A stretch of 64,000 bases of DNA, taken from NCBI GenBank assembly GCA_038236215.1, contig JBBSTD010000014.1, forward strand, positions 5,937 through 69,936, given 5' to 3'. The DNA comes from Cytophagales bacterium (GTDB lineage Bacteria; Bacteroidota; Bacteroidia; Cytophagales; Spirosomataceae). Numbering within the stretch: the stretch's first letter is position 1; each line of letters begins with the position of its first letter. Below, piece by piece: positions 10,001 to 19,061 of the stretch. The position numbers and the translations under genes were made by a program. The notes beneath the pieces were generated by a model, which saw only the letters and a list, made by a program, of their open reading frames with translations, did no database searches and was not told the origin of the DNA.

Positions 10001-10055
10001 CCAGCCGTGCTGGAATAACGCCACCCGGCTTTTAACCATTACCACCAGAAAACAC

Positions 10056-11246
10056 ATGAAACGGAAACGGTTTATCAACCGGAGTGTACTGTTTTTTTGT
10101 GCCCTTACTGCCTTCATGGCATCGGCTCAGAAACTCCCGGCCAAAAAAGAAATCGTGGCTAAAATGACGCTGGCCAACGATTATTTCATGAAAACCTGGA
10201 CCGACCCCGGCAAGGAAATAGTGACCAACAAAACCCGGCCCAGTAACATCTGGACCCGGGCGGTGTATTACGAGGGACTCATGGCCCTGTACGGCATAGA
10301 CAAGCAGCCGCGGTACTACGATTACGCCGTTGATTGGGGCCAGAAGCACCAGTGGGGCCTGCGGAGCGGTGTCAATACGCGCAATGCCGACGACCAATGT
10401 TGCGGGCAGACCTACCTTGATTTATACCAGATAGACCAGGCTCTCGGACGGGCCAAACCCGAACAAATGCACGATATTAAAGGATCCATCGACGCGGTGG
10501 TAAATAGCGATAAAGTGGATGACTGGAGCTGGGTAGATGCCCTGCAAATGGCGATGCCCGTTTTTGCTCAACTGGGTACAATGGACAAAGAACATCCCAA
10601 CGGAACGTCGCCCTATTACGAGAAAATGTACCAGATTTACGCGTACTCGAAAACCAAACACGGGGGCAACGGGCTGTATAATCCCAAAGACCATTTGTGG
10701 TGGCGGGATAAAGATTTCGTGCCGCCCTACAAAGAACCAAACGGGCAGGATTGTTACTGGTCGCGGGGGAATGGCTGGGTTGTGGCCGCCCTGGTGCGGG
10801 TGCTGGACATCATGCCCAAAAACGCAGCGCATCGGAGCGAGTACGAAAAAACGTACCTGGAAATGATGCAGGCATTACCGCCATTACAACGCTCCGATGG
10901 CTACTGGAACGTGAGTTTACACGACCCGACGAATTTTGGCGGTAAGGAAATGACCGGAACCGCTTTGTTTGTGTACGGTATGGCCTGGGGCGTTAACCAC
11001 GGCCTGCTCGACGGGAGAAAATACCAGCCTATTATTGCCAAAGCCTGGAACGCCATGGCGACCGAATCCGTCCACCCAAACGGCTTTCTGGGCTACGTGC
11101 AAGGGACCGGTAAAGAACCCAAAGATGGCCAACCCGTTACCTACGACAGCAAACCCGACTTCGAAGATTACGGTCTCGGCTGCTTCCTGCTGGCCGGAAC
11201 GGAGTTATGTAAGATGAAGAGACGAAAACTAAACCGTAACCCTTGA
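10056..11246 (+). CDS. Secreted glycoside hydrolase family 105/88 (unsaturated rhamnogalacturonyl hydrolase-like)
   Basis: NADDQCCGQ, WSWVDALQM, WSRGNGW motifs; signal peptide from ATG 10056. Confidence 0.85.
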   Translation: MKRKRFINRSVLFFCALTAFMASAQKLPAKKEIVAKMTLANDYFMKTWTDPGKEIVTNKTRPSNIWTRAVYYEGLMALYGIDKQPRYYDYAVDWGQKHQWGLRSGVNTRNADDQCCGQTYLDLYQIDQALGRAKPEQMHDIKGSIDAVVNSDKVDDWSWVDALQMAMPVFAQLGTMDKEHPNGTSPYYEKMYQIYAYSKTKHGGNGLYNPKDHLWWRDKDFVPPYKEPNGQDCYWSRGNGWVVAALVRVLDIMPKNAAHRSEYEKTYLEMMQALPPLQRSDGYWNVSLHDPTNFGGKEMTGTALFVYGMAWGVNHGLLDGRKYQPIIAKAWNAMATESVHPNGFLGYVQGTGKEPKDGQPVTYDSKPDFEDYGLGCFLLAGTELCKMKRRKLNRNP

Positions 11247-11251
11247 AAATC

Positions 11252-11566
11252 ATGGAAGAAATTGCGTTTACAATGAAACTGAAACCCGGAGTGGAGGCTG
11301 AGTACCAGCGTCGGCACGATGAAATCTGGCCGGAGTTGACAAACGTACTGGCCGACGCAGGCATCCGTGATTATTCCATCTACCTGGACCGGGCCACCGG
11401 AACGCTGTTTGCCGTTCAGAAAAAGACGGATACTAACACCGCAGATACATTGCCAGGCCTACCCGTTATGCAGCGGTGGTGGCTGTACATGGCCGATTTA
11501 ATGGAAACCAATCCTGACAACTCGCCGGTCGTCACACCACTGGAACGGGTATTTCACCAGGATTGA
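11252..11566 (+). CDS. rhaM: L-rhamnose mutarotase
   Basis: AFTMKLKPG, EYQRRHDEIWPE, GIRDYSIYL, MQRWWLYMADLM. Confidence 0.92.
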   Translation: MEEIAFTMKLKPGVEAEYQRRHDEIWPELTNVLADAGIRDYSIYLDRATGTLFAVQKKTDTNTADTLPGLPVMQRWWLYMADLMETNPDNSPVVTPLERVFHQD

Positions 11567-11742
11567 TGCTCTCCGATACGGGATTTTGTTCATGGCGTAA
11601 AAGCACTAGTGCCTGTTCATCAGGTATACGAGGCCAGCTTGTGTCTTACCAACATACTCGGCCCTGTAGCCGGTAGTCAGCCACTGAACGCAGTAATTCA
11701 GTTCCGCCCGTAGAAATCGCGTTACTCCGATACTCAAGCCCG

Positions 11743-11975
11743 GGCCGCATCATGAATCATTCGCTGGCTGAATACCACATAGCCGTCAACGCCGACGTAC
11801 ACGACCTCGATATTATTTTCGTGGAAGAACATGACGATATCGTGAATCCTTGAGCGTGAAAGGACTAGGGGAAATCGGGTTAGCGGCCGTTCCGGCAGCC
11901 ATCGCCAACGCCGTTTCCCACGCCACCGGCAAACGCATCCGTAATTTGCCCATTACGCTGGATAAGCTGCTATAG
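11743..11975 (+). pseudogene. C-terminal remnant of a xanthine dehydrogenase-family molybdopterin-binding subunit (PaoC/YagR-like)
   Basis: GRIMNHSLAEYHIAVNADVHDLDIIFVEEHDDIVNP, -1 frameshift at about 11850, then LSVKGLGEIGLAAVPAAIANAVSHATGKRIRNLPITLDKLL-TAG; not in the ORF track. Confidence 0.85.
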
Positions 11976-12060
11976 TTTGTTTGACGTTTGTAGTTTGAGG
12001 TTTGGTGTTTCATCGCGTTAGTAACGACAAACATCAAACCTCAAACTACAAACAAACTAC
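11973..12060. repeat. Heptamer-repeat foldback (nnGTTTG / CAAACnn) between convergent genes
   Basis: TTTGTAGTTTGAGGTTTGGTGTTT (11987-12010) pairs with AAACATCAAACCTCAAACTACAAA (12029-12052) with one G-U. Confidence 0.85.
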
Positions 12061-13649
12061 ACTATCATCTTGCCTTCCAGCACAGGTCGGGTATCTTTTG
12101 AGCCGTTGATTTTAGTCAGGCTTTTCTGGAATTCTACCTGCATGGTGTCGGCACCAAACTGGAGGGTAACCGTTTCGTAATGGGCTGTTTCGATGAATCG
12201 CCACGTCATCAAGAATGTGTTCGGGTCTTGCCAGGTACCGGTAGCGGCTACTTTCCGGTTGTCGCCACCGGGCACTACCGTGGGGGTCAGTGACATCGGG
12301 GCAATGGGAAAGGTGGTAGTGGTGTCAATCCAGCGATTAAGGCCGCAGTTTACCTGATGGTCGCCCTGATTATCGGTCAGTTTGAAGATGCAGCCATCCT
12401 TGCCGAAGCTCAGCGACGCCGATTTAGCGTGCATCGCATTGTCTGGAAACGTAAAGTTTTTACCATTAATCTTATTCGCCATCGGGGAGGATGATTCTTC
12501 TTTCGGGAAGGGTAGAGCCAGCGTTGCCAGTTTCTGGGTTAAAGCCGCCTGGGTAGTTCTGGCCGCCGATAGGCCCGTTCCTTCGAGCGCGGGTAGGATA
12601 TGGTCCCAAACGGCATTCATAATACCCTGCATATCGGCACTTTCGGAGGTGATGGCCACTACCGCATCCAGTTTGGGGAGCACGATGCAATACTGACCGA
12701 AGGCACCATCGCCCCGGTACGCGTCGTGCCGACACCGCCAGAACTGATAGCCATAGCCCTGAATCCAGTCGTTCACGCTGGCATCACCCTTGCCGCCTTT
12801 AGAGGGTACTTCCATGCTGGTGGCATCATTTATCCACGCTTCCGACAGGAGCCGTTTACCATTCCACACGCCTTTTTGCAGGTATAGCTGTCCGAATTTG
12901 GCAATGTCTTCCGTCTTGAGCCGCAGCCCCCAGCCGCCCGTGTTGATACCCTGGGGCGATACTTCCCAGTCTTCCCCTTCGATGCCTAATGGCCCAAACA
13001 GGCGCGGTTTCAGGTATTCCAGCACCGTCTGTCCCGTTAGCTTCTGTACAATGGCCGAGAGCATATAGGTGGCTGCACTGTTGTACACGAACAGCGTGCC
13101 CGGTTTATGCTCGACCGGATACGCCAGAAAACCTTTCACCCAATTGGCCCCTTCGCCTTCCCGGATACTGGACGTTGGCTCTTTTTCATGCCCCGTATTC
13201 ATGGTCAGCAAATCCTTTACGCGCATGGCCGCCAGGTTCTCACTGACCGTTTCGGGCAGGTCTTTCGGGAAAAACGAGATAACCTTGTCTTCCACCGTCA
13301 ATCGTTTTTCGCCCACGGCCATTCCCACGGCCGATGACGTAAAGCTTTTGCTGAGCGAATAGAGGGTATGCTTGTATTGTGGCGCGTAGGGTGCCCACCA
13401 GCCTTCGGCTACCACCTGCCCATGCCGAAGTACCATGACGCTGTGTACATTCAGTTTCTTTGCATCAATGGTGTTCGCAAAATCCAGCAGGCCGCCGGGT
13501 GCCACGCCCTGTGCTTCGGGCAGGCTGCGGGGGAGTTTGCCTGTTTTGGTGGGTACAGTCCAGGCCGATACGGGCAGGGTAGTAACAAGGGTCAGGCCAG
13601 CGGCACCGAAGCCCAGTTGCCGGAGGAAGTCTCTGCGGTTAAGGTTCAT
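12057..13649 (-). CDS. Tat-exported serine hydrolase (class C beta-lactamase-like)
   Basis: NRRDFL twin-arginine signal; SLSK (SxxK) and YNS motifs. Confidence 0.85.
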   Translation of the reverse strand: MNLNRRDFLRQLGFGAAGLTLVTTLPVSAWTVPTKTGKLPRSLPEAQGVAPGGLLDFANTIDAKKLNVHSVMVLRHGQVVAEGWWAPYAPQYKHTLYSLSKSFTSSAVGMAVGEKRLTVEDKVISFFPKDLPETVSENLAAMRVKDLLTMNTGHEKEPTSSIREGEGANWVKGFLAYPVEHKPGTLFVYNSAATYMLSAIVQKLTGQTVLEYLKPRLFGPLGIEGEDWEVSPQGINTGGWGLRLKTEDIAKFGQLYLQKGVWNGKRLLSEAWINDATSMEVPSKGGKGDASVNDWIQGYGYQFWRCRHDAYRGDGAFGQYCIVLPKLDAVVAITSESADMQGIMNAVWDHILPALEGTGLSAARTTQAALTQKLATLALPFPKEESSSPMANKINGKNFTFPDNAMHAKSASLSFGKDGCIFKLTDNQGDHQVNCGLNRWIDTTTTFPIAPMSLTPTVVPGGDNRKVAATGTWQDPNTFLMTWRFIETAHYETVTLQFGADTMQVEFQKSLTKINGSKDTRPVLEGKMIV

Positions 13650-13733
13650 CGTTTCTTTTCAGGATTTATTGTCTGCAATAGAGTAAACAACCGTTAGCCG
13701 GTTACCTACTGAATCGGTTTGGCTTTTATTGAT

Positions 13734-13805
13734 GGTATCACGGACTTCAATCCGTCAGTAGCGTAGTAGTGAGGTAGCAGAGAGCAGACTGAAGTCCGTG
13801 ATACC
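13734..13805. repeat. REP doublet (REPIN-like), GGTATCACGGACTTCARTCYG family
   Basis: Inverted 21-mers at 13734-13754 and 13785-13805 with two mismatches; each carries an internal hairpin. Confidence 0.75.
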
Positions 13806-13955
13806 TGGAACGGGAAATTAAACTTTTCAGGGGCTATTGCCGAATAACAAGCTCTGAGCCGTATGTTTATACAGAAAAATTGGTATTTTGTTTCTTACGC
13901 CGTACATTATTCGGTTTAAATCAGTTAGGTTTCTTTTTACCCACTCTTTGTCAAC

Positions 13956-15530
13956 ATGAAAATACGAGTACTAGCCTGGCTGCTTGCTTTTTTCAGTCTT
14001 TCCGGAAGTCTCAACGGCCAGTCATTTAAACCCAAACAACTCCGCGAAGCTACCATCGAACAACTACAAACGGCCATGCAGTCTGGTAAACTGACGGCGG
14101 TTCAGTTAGTGCAGCTGTACCTCGACCGGATTGCTGCCTACGACAAGCAGGGTCCTTACCTGAATGCCCTTATTCTGGTGAATCCCAACGCCCTGATCGA
14201 AGCCCGTCGGCTCGATTCGCTCTATAAAATCACGGGGAAATTCGTTGGTCCTTTGCACGGTATTCCGGTCATCGTGAAAGACAATTACAACACCTCCGAT
14301 ATGCCGACGACTAACGGGACGCTGGCCATGAAGAAAAGTATTCCGCCCAACGATGCGTATGTCGTCAAACGGATTCGGGCCGCCGGGGCCATCATCATTG
14401 CCAAGTCCAATCTGGCCGAATTTGCCACGTCGGGGCAGGTGTCGGTGAGTTCTATCGTGCCGGGCTATTCGCGAAATTCCTACGATACCAAGCGGACCAC
14501 GGCGGGGTCGAGTGGGGGGACGGCTGCTGCGGTAGCCGCCGATTTTGGTACGATCGGCCTGGGTACCGACACCGGAAGCTCCGTTCGTGGGCCAGCCTCG
14601 CACCAGAGTCTGGTGGGCTTCCGGCCCACGCTGGGGCTGGTGAGCCGGGATGGGATTGCGCCCCTGGCCATGACCAACGATACGGGCGGACCCATTTGCC
14701 GAACGGTGGAGGATGCGGTGCGGGTGCTGGACGTGATAGCGGGCTTCGACAAAGCGGATACCGTAACCCGACGCAGCGAAGGCAAAATTCCAACAACGTA
14801 TCGGCAATTTCTGGATAAAGACGGCCTGAAAGGGTCGAAGATTAGGGTGTTCCGGCAACTCGTCATGCCCAAAAACTCCGACCTGCAGGTATACGCTCTC
14901 TTCAATAAAGCCCTCGACGAACTGCGGGCAGCCGGGGCTACTATCATTGATTCGGTGCGGGTGCCGGAACTGGACACCATCAATAAATCCTTCGATACCA
15001 TCCCGCAGCTACGGCGCGATTTTAATATCTACTTGGCTAACCTGGGGCCGAATGCACCGCATAAAAGCCTGACCTCCATCATCAAGTCGAAACAGTTTCA
15101 CCCCAGTATTGAAAAAACACTGACGGAAGCGGACGCCGCTACGCTGGCTCCTGAAGCCCATAAAGGGTGGCAAAAAAACCTGGGCTTGCGGGAGCGGTTG
15201 CGCACGCTGCTCCTGCGGGCTATGGATTCAACCGGTGTCGATGTGCTGGTGTATCCATCGTTCAGTTACCCGCCCCGGCTGCTGGGCGACCTGAACACGC
15301 CGTCGGGAACGAACAACAACGCACTTTCGCCCCCAACGGACTTCCCGGCGTTTACCGTGCCAATGGGTTTTACCTACGAGGACCTACCGGCCGGGTTGCA
15401 GTTCTTTGGCCGACCATTCAGCGAGCCAATCCTTGTGAAACTGGCGTACGCCGATGATCAGGCCACGCATCACCGTCATCCCCCCGCGAGTACGCCGGTG
15501 TTGGGCAAGCGAAAAAAGAAATCGAAGTGA
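13956..15530 (+). CDS. Secreted amidase-signature family enzyme
   Basis: PVIVKDN, AGSSGGTAAAVAA, GTDTGSSVRGPAS; N-terminal signal peptide. Confidence 0.9.
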   Translation: MKIRVLAWLLAFFSLSGSLNGQSFKPKQLREATIEQLQTAMQSGKLTAVQLVQLYLDRIAAYDKQGPYLNALILVNPNALIEARRLDSLYKITGKFVGPLHGIPVIVKDNYNTSDMPTTNGTLAMKKSIPPNDAYVVKRIRAAGAIIIAKSNLAEFATSGQVSVSSIVPGYSRNSYDTKRTTAGSSGGTAAAVAADFGTIGLGTDTGSSVRGPASHQSLVGFRPTLGLVSRDGIAPLAMTNDTGGPICRTVEDAVRVLDVIAGFDKADTVTRRSEGKIPTTYRQFLDKDGLKGSKIRVFRQLVMPKNSDLQVYALFNKALDELRAAGATIIDSVRVPELDTINKSFDTIPQLRRDFNIYLANLGPNAPHKSLTSIIKSKQFHPSIEKTLTEADAATLAPEAHKGWQKNLGLRERLRTLLLRAMDSTGVDVLVYPSFSYPPRLLGDLNTPSGTNNNALSPPTDFPAFTVPMGFTYEDLPAGLQFFGRPFSEPILVKLAYADDQATHHRHPPASTPVLGKRKKKSK

Positions 15531-15562
15531 TTATATGGCGAAAAGTTAAGAGGTTGACATTC

Positions 15563-15634
15563 ATGTGTTCCATAAATGTTCCGTCAGCGGGCGATTTAAA
15601 ACACCCGCTGACAGAACATTTACGGAACGCATAC
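15563..15634. repeat. Long imperfect inverted repeat (REP-doublet-like)
   Basis: 29-bp arms at 15563-15591 and 15604-15632 with three mismatches; the right arm reads GTATG... on the minus strand. Confidence 0.7.
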
Positions 15635-15722
15635 AGAATACCCCTGTGAAGCCAAAAAGGGCGCAGGGAAAGCGTTGCGTCCTTTGCGGTTATATTTGTA
15701 TCCTTTGCGTTTCCCTACGTTT

Positions 15723-17447
15723 ATGAACCTGTATTCTTTATTCCGCCGAATGGCGTTGTGCCTGTTTTTACCCCTGTCTGTATTCGCTCAGGCGAATCTG
15801 CCAAACCTGACTCCGTATGAGCGGGATACGAACCAGACCGCTACCTACGCTCAGATAATAAGCTGGTATCAGCAACTGGACCGGCAGTATCCGCAGGCCA
15901 AACTGGTGGAGATTGGTAAAACGGACGTTGGCAAGCCGCTGCATTTGTTCCTGTTAGCCGCCGACCAGCAGTTCACCAGTCGGCCCGACCGCGTAACCCT
16001 GCTCATCAACAACGGCATTCACCCCGGCGAACCCGAAGGCATTGACGCCTGTATGATGCTGGCGCGGGATGTACTGAAGTCGGGGAAACTGCCCAAAAAT
16101 GTACTGCTGGCCATCGTACCCGTGTACAACGTGGGGGGGGCTTTGAACCGGGGCGTGTCGCGGGTAAACCAGAACGGACCGGAATCGTACGGGTTTCGGG
16201 GAAATGCCCGGAATCTGAACCTCAACCGCGATTTTATTAAAGCCGAGGCCCAAAATACGCAGGCGTTTCAGGCGATGTACCAGTCGCTGAAACCGCAGGT
16301 GTTTATCGACAATCATACCAGCAACGGGGCCGACTACCAACACGTACTAACCTACTTTGCCACCCAAAAGGATAAGCTCCATCCGGCCGTGTCGGGCTTT
16401 ATGACCCAGACCTTCCAGCCGGAACTGGACAAAATGCTGGTTGCAAAGGGGTTTCCTCCGGCACCGTACGTAAACCACCCCGGCGACACCCCCGAAAACG
16501 GATTAGTTGGCTACAATGATTCTCCTCGTTATTCAACGGGCTACGCGGCTTTATTTAACTGTTTTGGTTTTACGCTGGAAACGCACATGTGGAAACCCTA
16601 TCCCGCACGGGTCAGGGCATCCTACGCGTTCGACGAAGCGGTGATGCGGCTGTGTGAGCAGGAAGCAAAGACCATTCTGGCCAATCAGCAGCGGGCCAAT
16701 GAAGCGGTTCGGCAGCAAACAACGGTTCCGCTGAGCTATACACTCGACCGCGGTAAAATAGACTCCGTTACGTTTCTGGGTTACGAGGCTTCTTACAAAC
16801 TCAGCGAGGTGTCAGGCCTGAAACGACTCTACTACGACCGGTCGAAACCATTCACGAAGCGGGTGCCGTACCTGAATAACTTTGTGGTGGATGTGCAGAT
16901 GGAGAAGCCCCGTTTCTACGTCCTCCCGCAGGCGTGGACAGAGGTGATAAACGAACTAAAGCGGAACGGCGTCATGATGCAGGCTATCCAGAAAGACACT
17001 CTATTGACGGTGTCGGTTTACTACATCACTGATTATAAAAGCCCGCAGCGACCGTACGAGGGCCATTACCTGCACACAGGGGTTAAAATCAGAACGGAGT
17101 CGCAACGGATTCGGTGCTACAAAGGTGACTACCTGATTCCGACGAACCAGACTGCCAATCGGTATATCGTGGAGACGCTGGAACCACAAGGTATTGATTC
17201 GTTTTTTGCCTGGAATTTCTTCGATAGCATCCTCGACCAGAAAGAGTATTTCTCCGGGTATATTTTCGAAGAAACCGCTGCCGAACTGCTGCGAAAAGAC
17301 CCGGCTTTACGGAAGCAACTGGACGAGAAAAAGGCTGCGGATAAGACCTTCGCCGAAAATGCCAACGCTCAACTGGATTTCATCTATCGCCAGACGCCCT
17401 ACTACGAAAAAACGCATAACCGTTATCCCGTTTATCGGATAAACTAA
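15723..17447 (+). CDS. M14 family zinc carboxypeptidase-like protein
   Basis: IHPGEPEG, NLNRDF, DNHTSNG; TATATTTG -7 element at 15691-15698 supports ATG 15723. Confidence 0.85.
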   Translation: MNLYSLFRRMALCLFLPLSVFAQANLPNLTPYERDTNQTATYAQIISWYQQLDRQYPQAKLVEIGKTDVGKPLHLFLLAADQQFTSRPDRVTLLINNGIHPGEPEGIDACMMLARDVLKSGKLPKNVLLAIVPVYNVGGALNRGVSRVNQNGPESYGFRGNARNLNLNRDFIKAEAQNTQAFQAMYQSLKPQVFIDNHTSNGADYQHVLTYFATQKDKLHPAVSGFMTQTFQPELDKMLVAKGFPPAPYVNHPGDTPENGLVGYNDSPRYSTGYAALFNCFGFTLETHMWKPYPARVRASYAFDEAVMRLCEQEAKTILANQQRANEAVRQQTTVPLSYTLDRGKIDSVTFLGYEASYKLSEVSGLKRLYYDRSKPFTKRVPYLNNFVVDVQMEKPRFYVLPQAWTEVINELKRNGVMMQAIQKDTLLTVSVYYITDYKSPQRPYEGHYLHTGVKIRTESQRIRCYKGDYLIPTNQTANRYIVETLEPQGIDSFFAWNFFDSILDQKEYFSGYIFEETAAELLRKDPALRKQLDEKKAADKTFAENANAQLDFIYRQTPYYEKTHNRYPVYRIN

Positions 17448-17476
17448 ACGCTACCTGTACTTCCGTTCTATTTTAT

Positions 17477-17971
17477 ATGAAGCGTTTCCTACTCTGCCCG
17501 CTACTGCTCATTCTGTTGGGTATTCCGCACTACCTGTCGGCCCAGCATAAACTCGCTGATTCTGCCGACAAAACCGCTATTCAATCCGCCAGGGCGCAGT
17601 CGAATCAGGCAATTATAGCCCGCGATCTGACTGGATTTGGCCGAACGATGCTGCCGGATATTGAGGTGACGCGGGGAAGCGGCTCTCACGTAACGGGCCG
17701 GGATTCGGTACTGACTTCGGTAGCCGGGCAATTCAACGATCCCAACTTTCTGGGGTACGTCCGGCAGACGGACAGTATTCAGGTGAATACTATGGGGCCG
17801 CTGGCTGCGGAGCATGGGCACTGGACCGGTCGTTTCCGCCGACCCGATGGAATTCAGATTATCACCGGTACGTACCTGTCCATGTGGCGCAAGACAGACG
17901 CAGGCTGGAAAATCCAATCGGAACTGTTCGTTAGTCTGGCCTGCTCCGGCAGTGCCGCCTGTGGCGAGTGA
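17477..17971 (+). CDS. Secreted NTF2-like / DUF4440 protein
   Basis: Signal peptide; AAEHGHW and GTYLSMWRK...WKI pattern. Confidence 0.7.
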   Translation: MKRFLLCPLLLILLGIPHYLSAQHKLADSADKTAIQSARAQSNQAIIARDLTGFGRTMLPDIEVTRGSGSHVTGRDSVLTSVAGQFNDPNFLGYVRQTDSIQVNTMGPLAAEHGHWTGRFRRPDGIQIITGTYLSMWRKTDAGWKIQSELFVSLACSGSAACGE

Positions 17972-18050
17972 ACGAGGCAGGCTGTTGTGTATCGGGAAGT
18001 ATAAAAGTCGTATTTTTGATTATAAAGCTACGAGATTATTCACCAGCGCC

Positions 18051-18284
18051 ATGAGCGAATACGTATTACGAGTTGAAGATGAGTTACAGGCAGAAGCGTT
18101 ATTAACCTACCTGCGTAGCCTGGATTTTGTGGAGTTGATTCCCAATCAAGCCCTTTTTCAGACAAAAAAAGAAGCTATTGATGGTATGAAGTCACTACTG
18201 AAGGCATTACCAGATAACGATGTTTACACCCAGGAGGAAGTGAATCAGGCACTTTTTGAGATTCGAGCAGGTCAAAATGACTAA
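18051..18284 (+). CDS. Putative antitoxin (77 aa) upstream of a PIN toxin
   Basis: Small acidic ORF overlapping the next gene (ATGACTAA); TATTTTTG -7 element at 18011-18018. Confidence 0.6.
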   Translation: MSEYVLRVEDELQAEALLTYLRSLDFVELIPNQALFQTKKEAIDGMKSLLKALPDNDVYTQEEVNQALFEIRAGQND

Positions 18285-18717
18285 TAAACTTCGTGTTGTC
18301 ATCGATCCGAATCTACTGGCCAGCGTATTGATTGGTGGACTGACTCGTGCCCATTTTTATAAACTACTTGCGGTGGCTGATCAAGTTGATATCTGCTATG
18401 CTGATGAGTTACTGGTCGAAGTGGAAGCTCTACCCAGCCATCGTTACTTTCAGCAAAAGGGAATAGATGTAGCTATCATTCACCAGTTTCTGGCCCTGTT
18501 TACCAGCCTGGGTTTAAAGGTATTTATTACCTCAAGGGTTAAAGTTGGCCGGGACGAAAACGATTATTATTTATTAAGCCTCTGCCGTGATGCCGGGGCT
18601 GATTATTTATTGACGGGAGATCCTGATTTACTTAACATGGGTAGCTATGGCAGAACAAAAATTAAGCGTTTTTCTGATTTTCTAGACATATTACCCGGTT
18701 TAATAACGCCATTATGA
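18277..18717 (+). CDS. PIN-domain putative toxin (VapC-like)
   Basis: VVIDPNLL, RDENDYYLL and LLTGDPDLL acidic PIN motifs. Confidence 0.85.
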   Translation: MTNKLRVVIDPNLLASVLIGGLTRAHFYKLLAVADQVDICYADELLVEVEALPSHRYFQQKGIDVAIIHQFLALFTSLGLKVFITSRVKVGRDENDYYLLSLCRDAGADYLLTGDPDLLNMGSYGRTKIKRFSDFLDILPGLITPL

Positions 18718-18826
18718 CGGGAAGATTATAAATAGGTTAATCAGACAGGACGTCGAGGTTTTCCCGATCGGATAGTTCTTGTGGGTGAACTATTGGGAGT
18801 TTTCGGTGCACAATCGGCTTATCAGA

Positions 18827-19009
18827 TTTAAGTACCTGTCCTCCATTGCCTAACGGTGGGTTTTTGGGATTGGCGTAGTAGATGGCTTTCGCCTAGCGGA
18901 TGAGTTTAAACGCAGCCGCTAATCGCTCCTGGGGCGTTTTAGCCCACCAATATTCCTTATCATAAGCCGGAATGTCATCGGGATTACTGGATTTTCGAAC
19001 GATGGACAT
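18827..19009 (-). pseudogene. Small ORF with an internal amber stop
   Basis: MSIVRKSSNPDDIPAYDKEYWWAKTPQERLAAAFKLIR-TAG(18895-18893)-AKAIYYANPKNPPLGNGGTGT-TAA; the YWxxxTPxERL motif resembles small TA-associated proteins. Confidence 0.4.
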
Positions 19010-19061
19010 GGTTAAGCATGATTAATGCTTCGTAAAGATACGACCAATTGGCTGGAACGGT

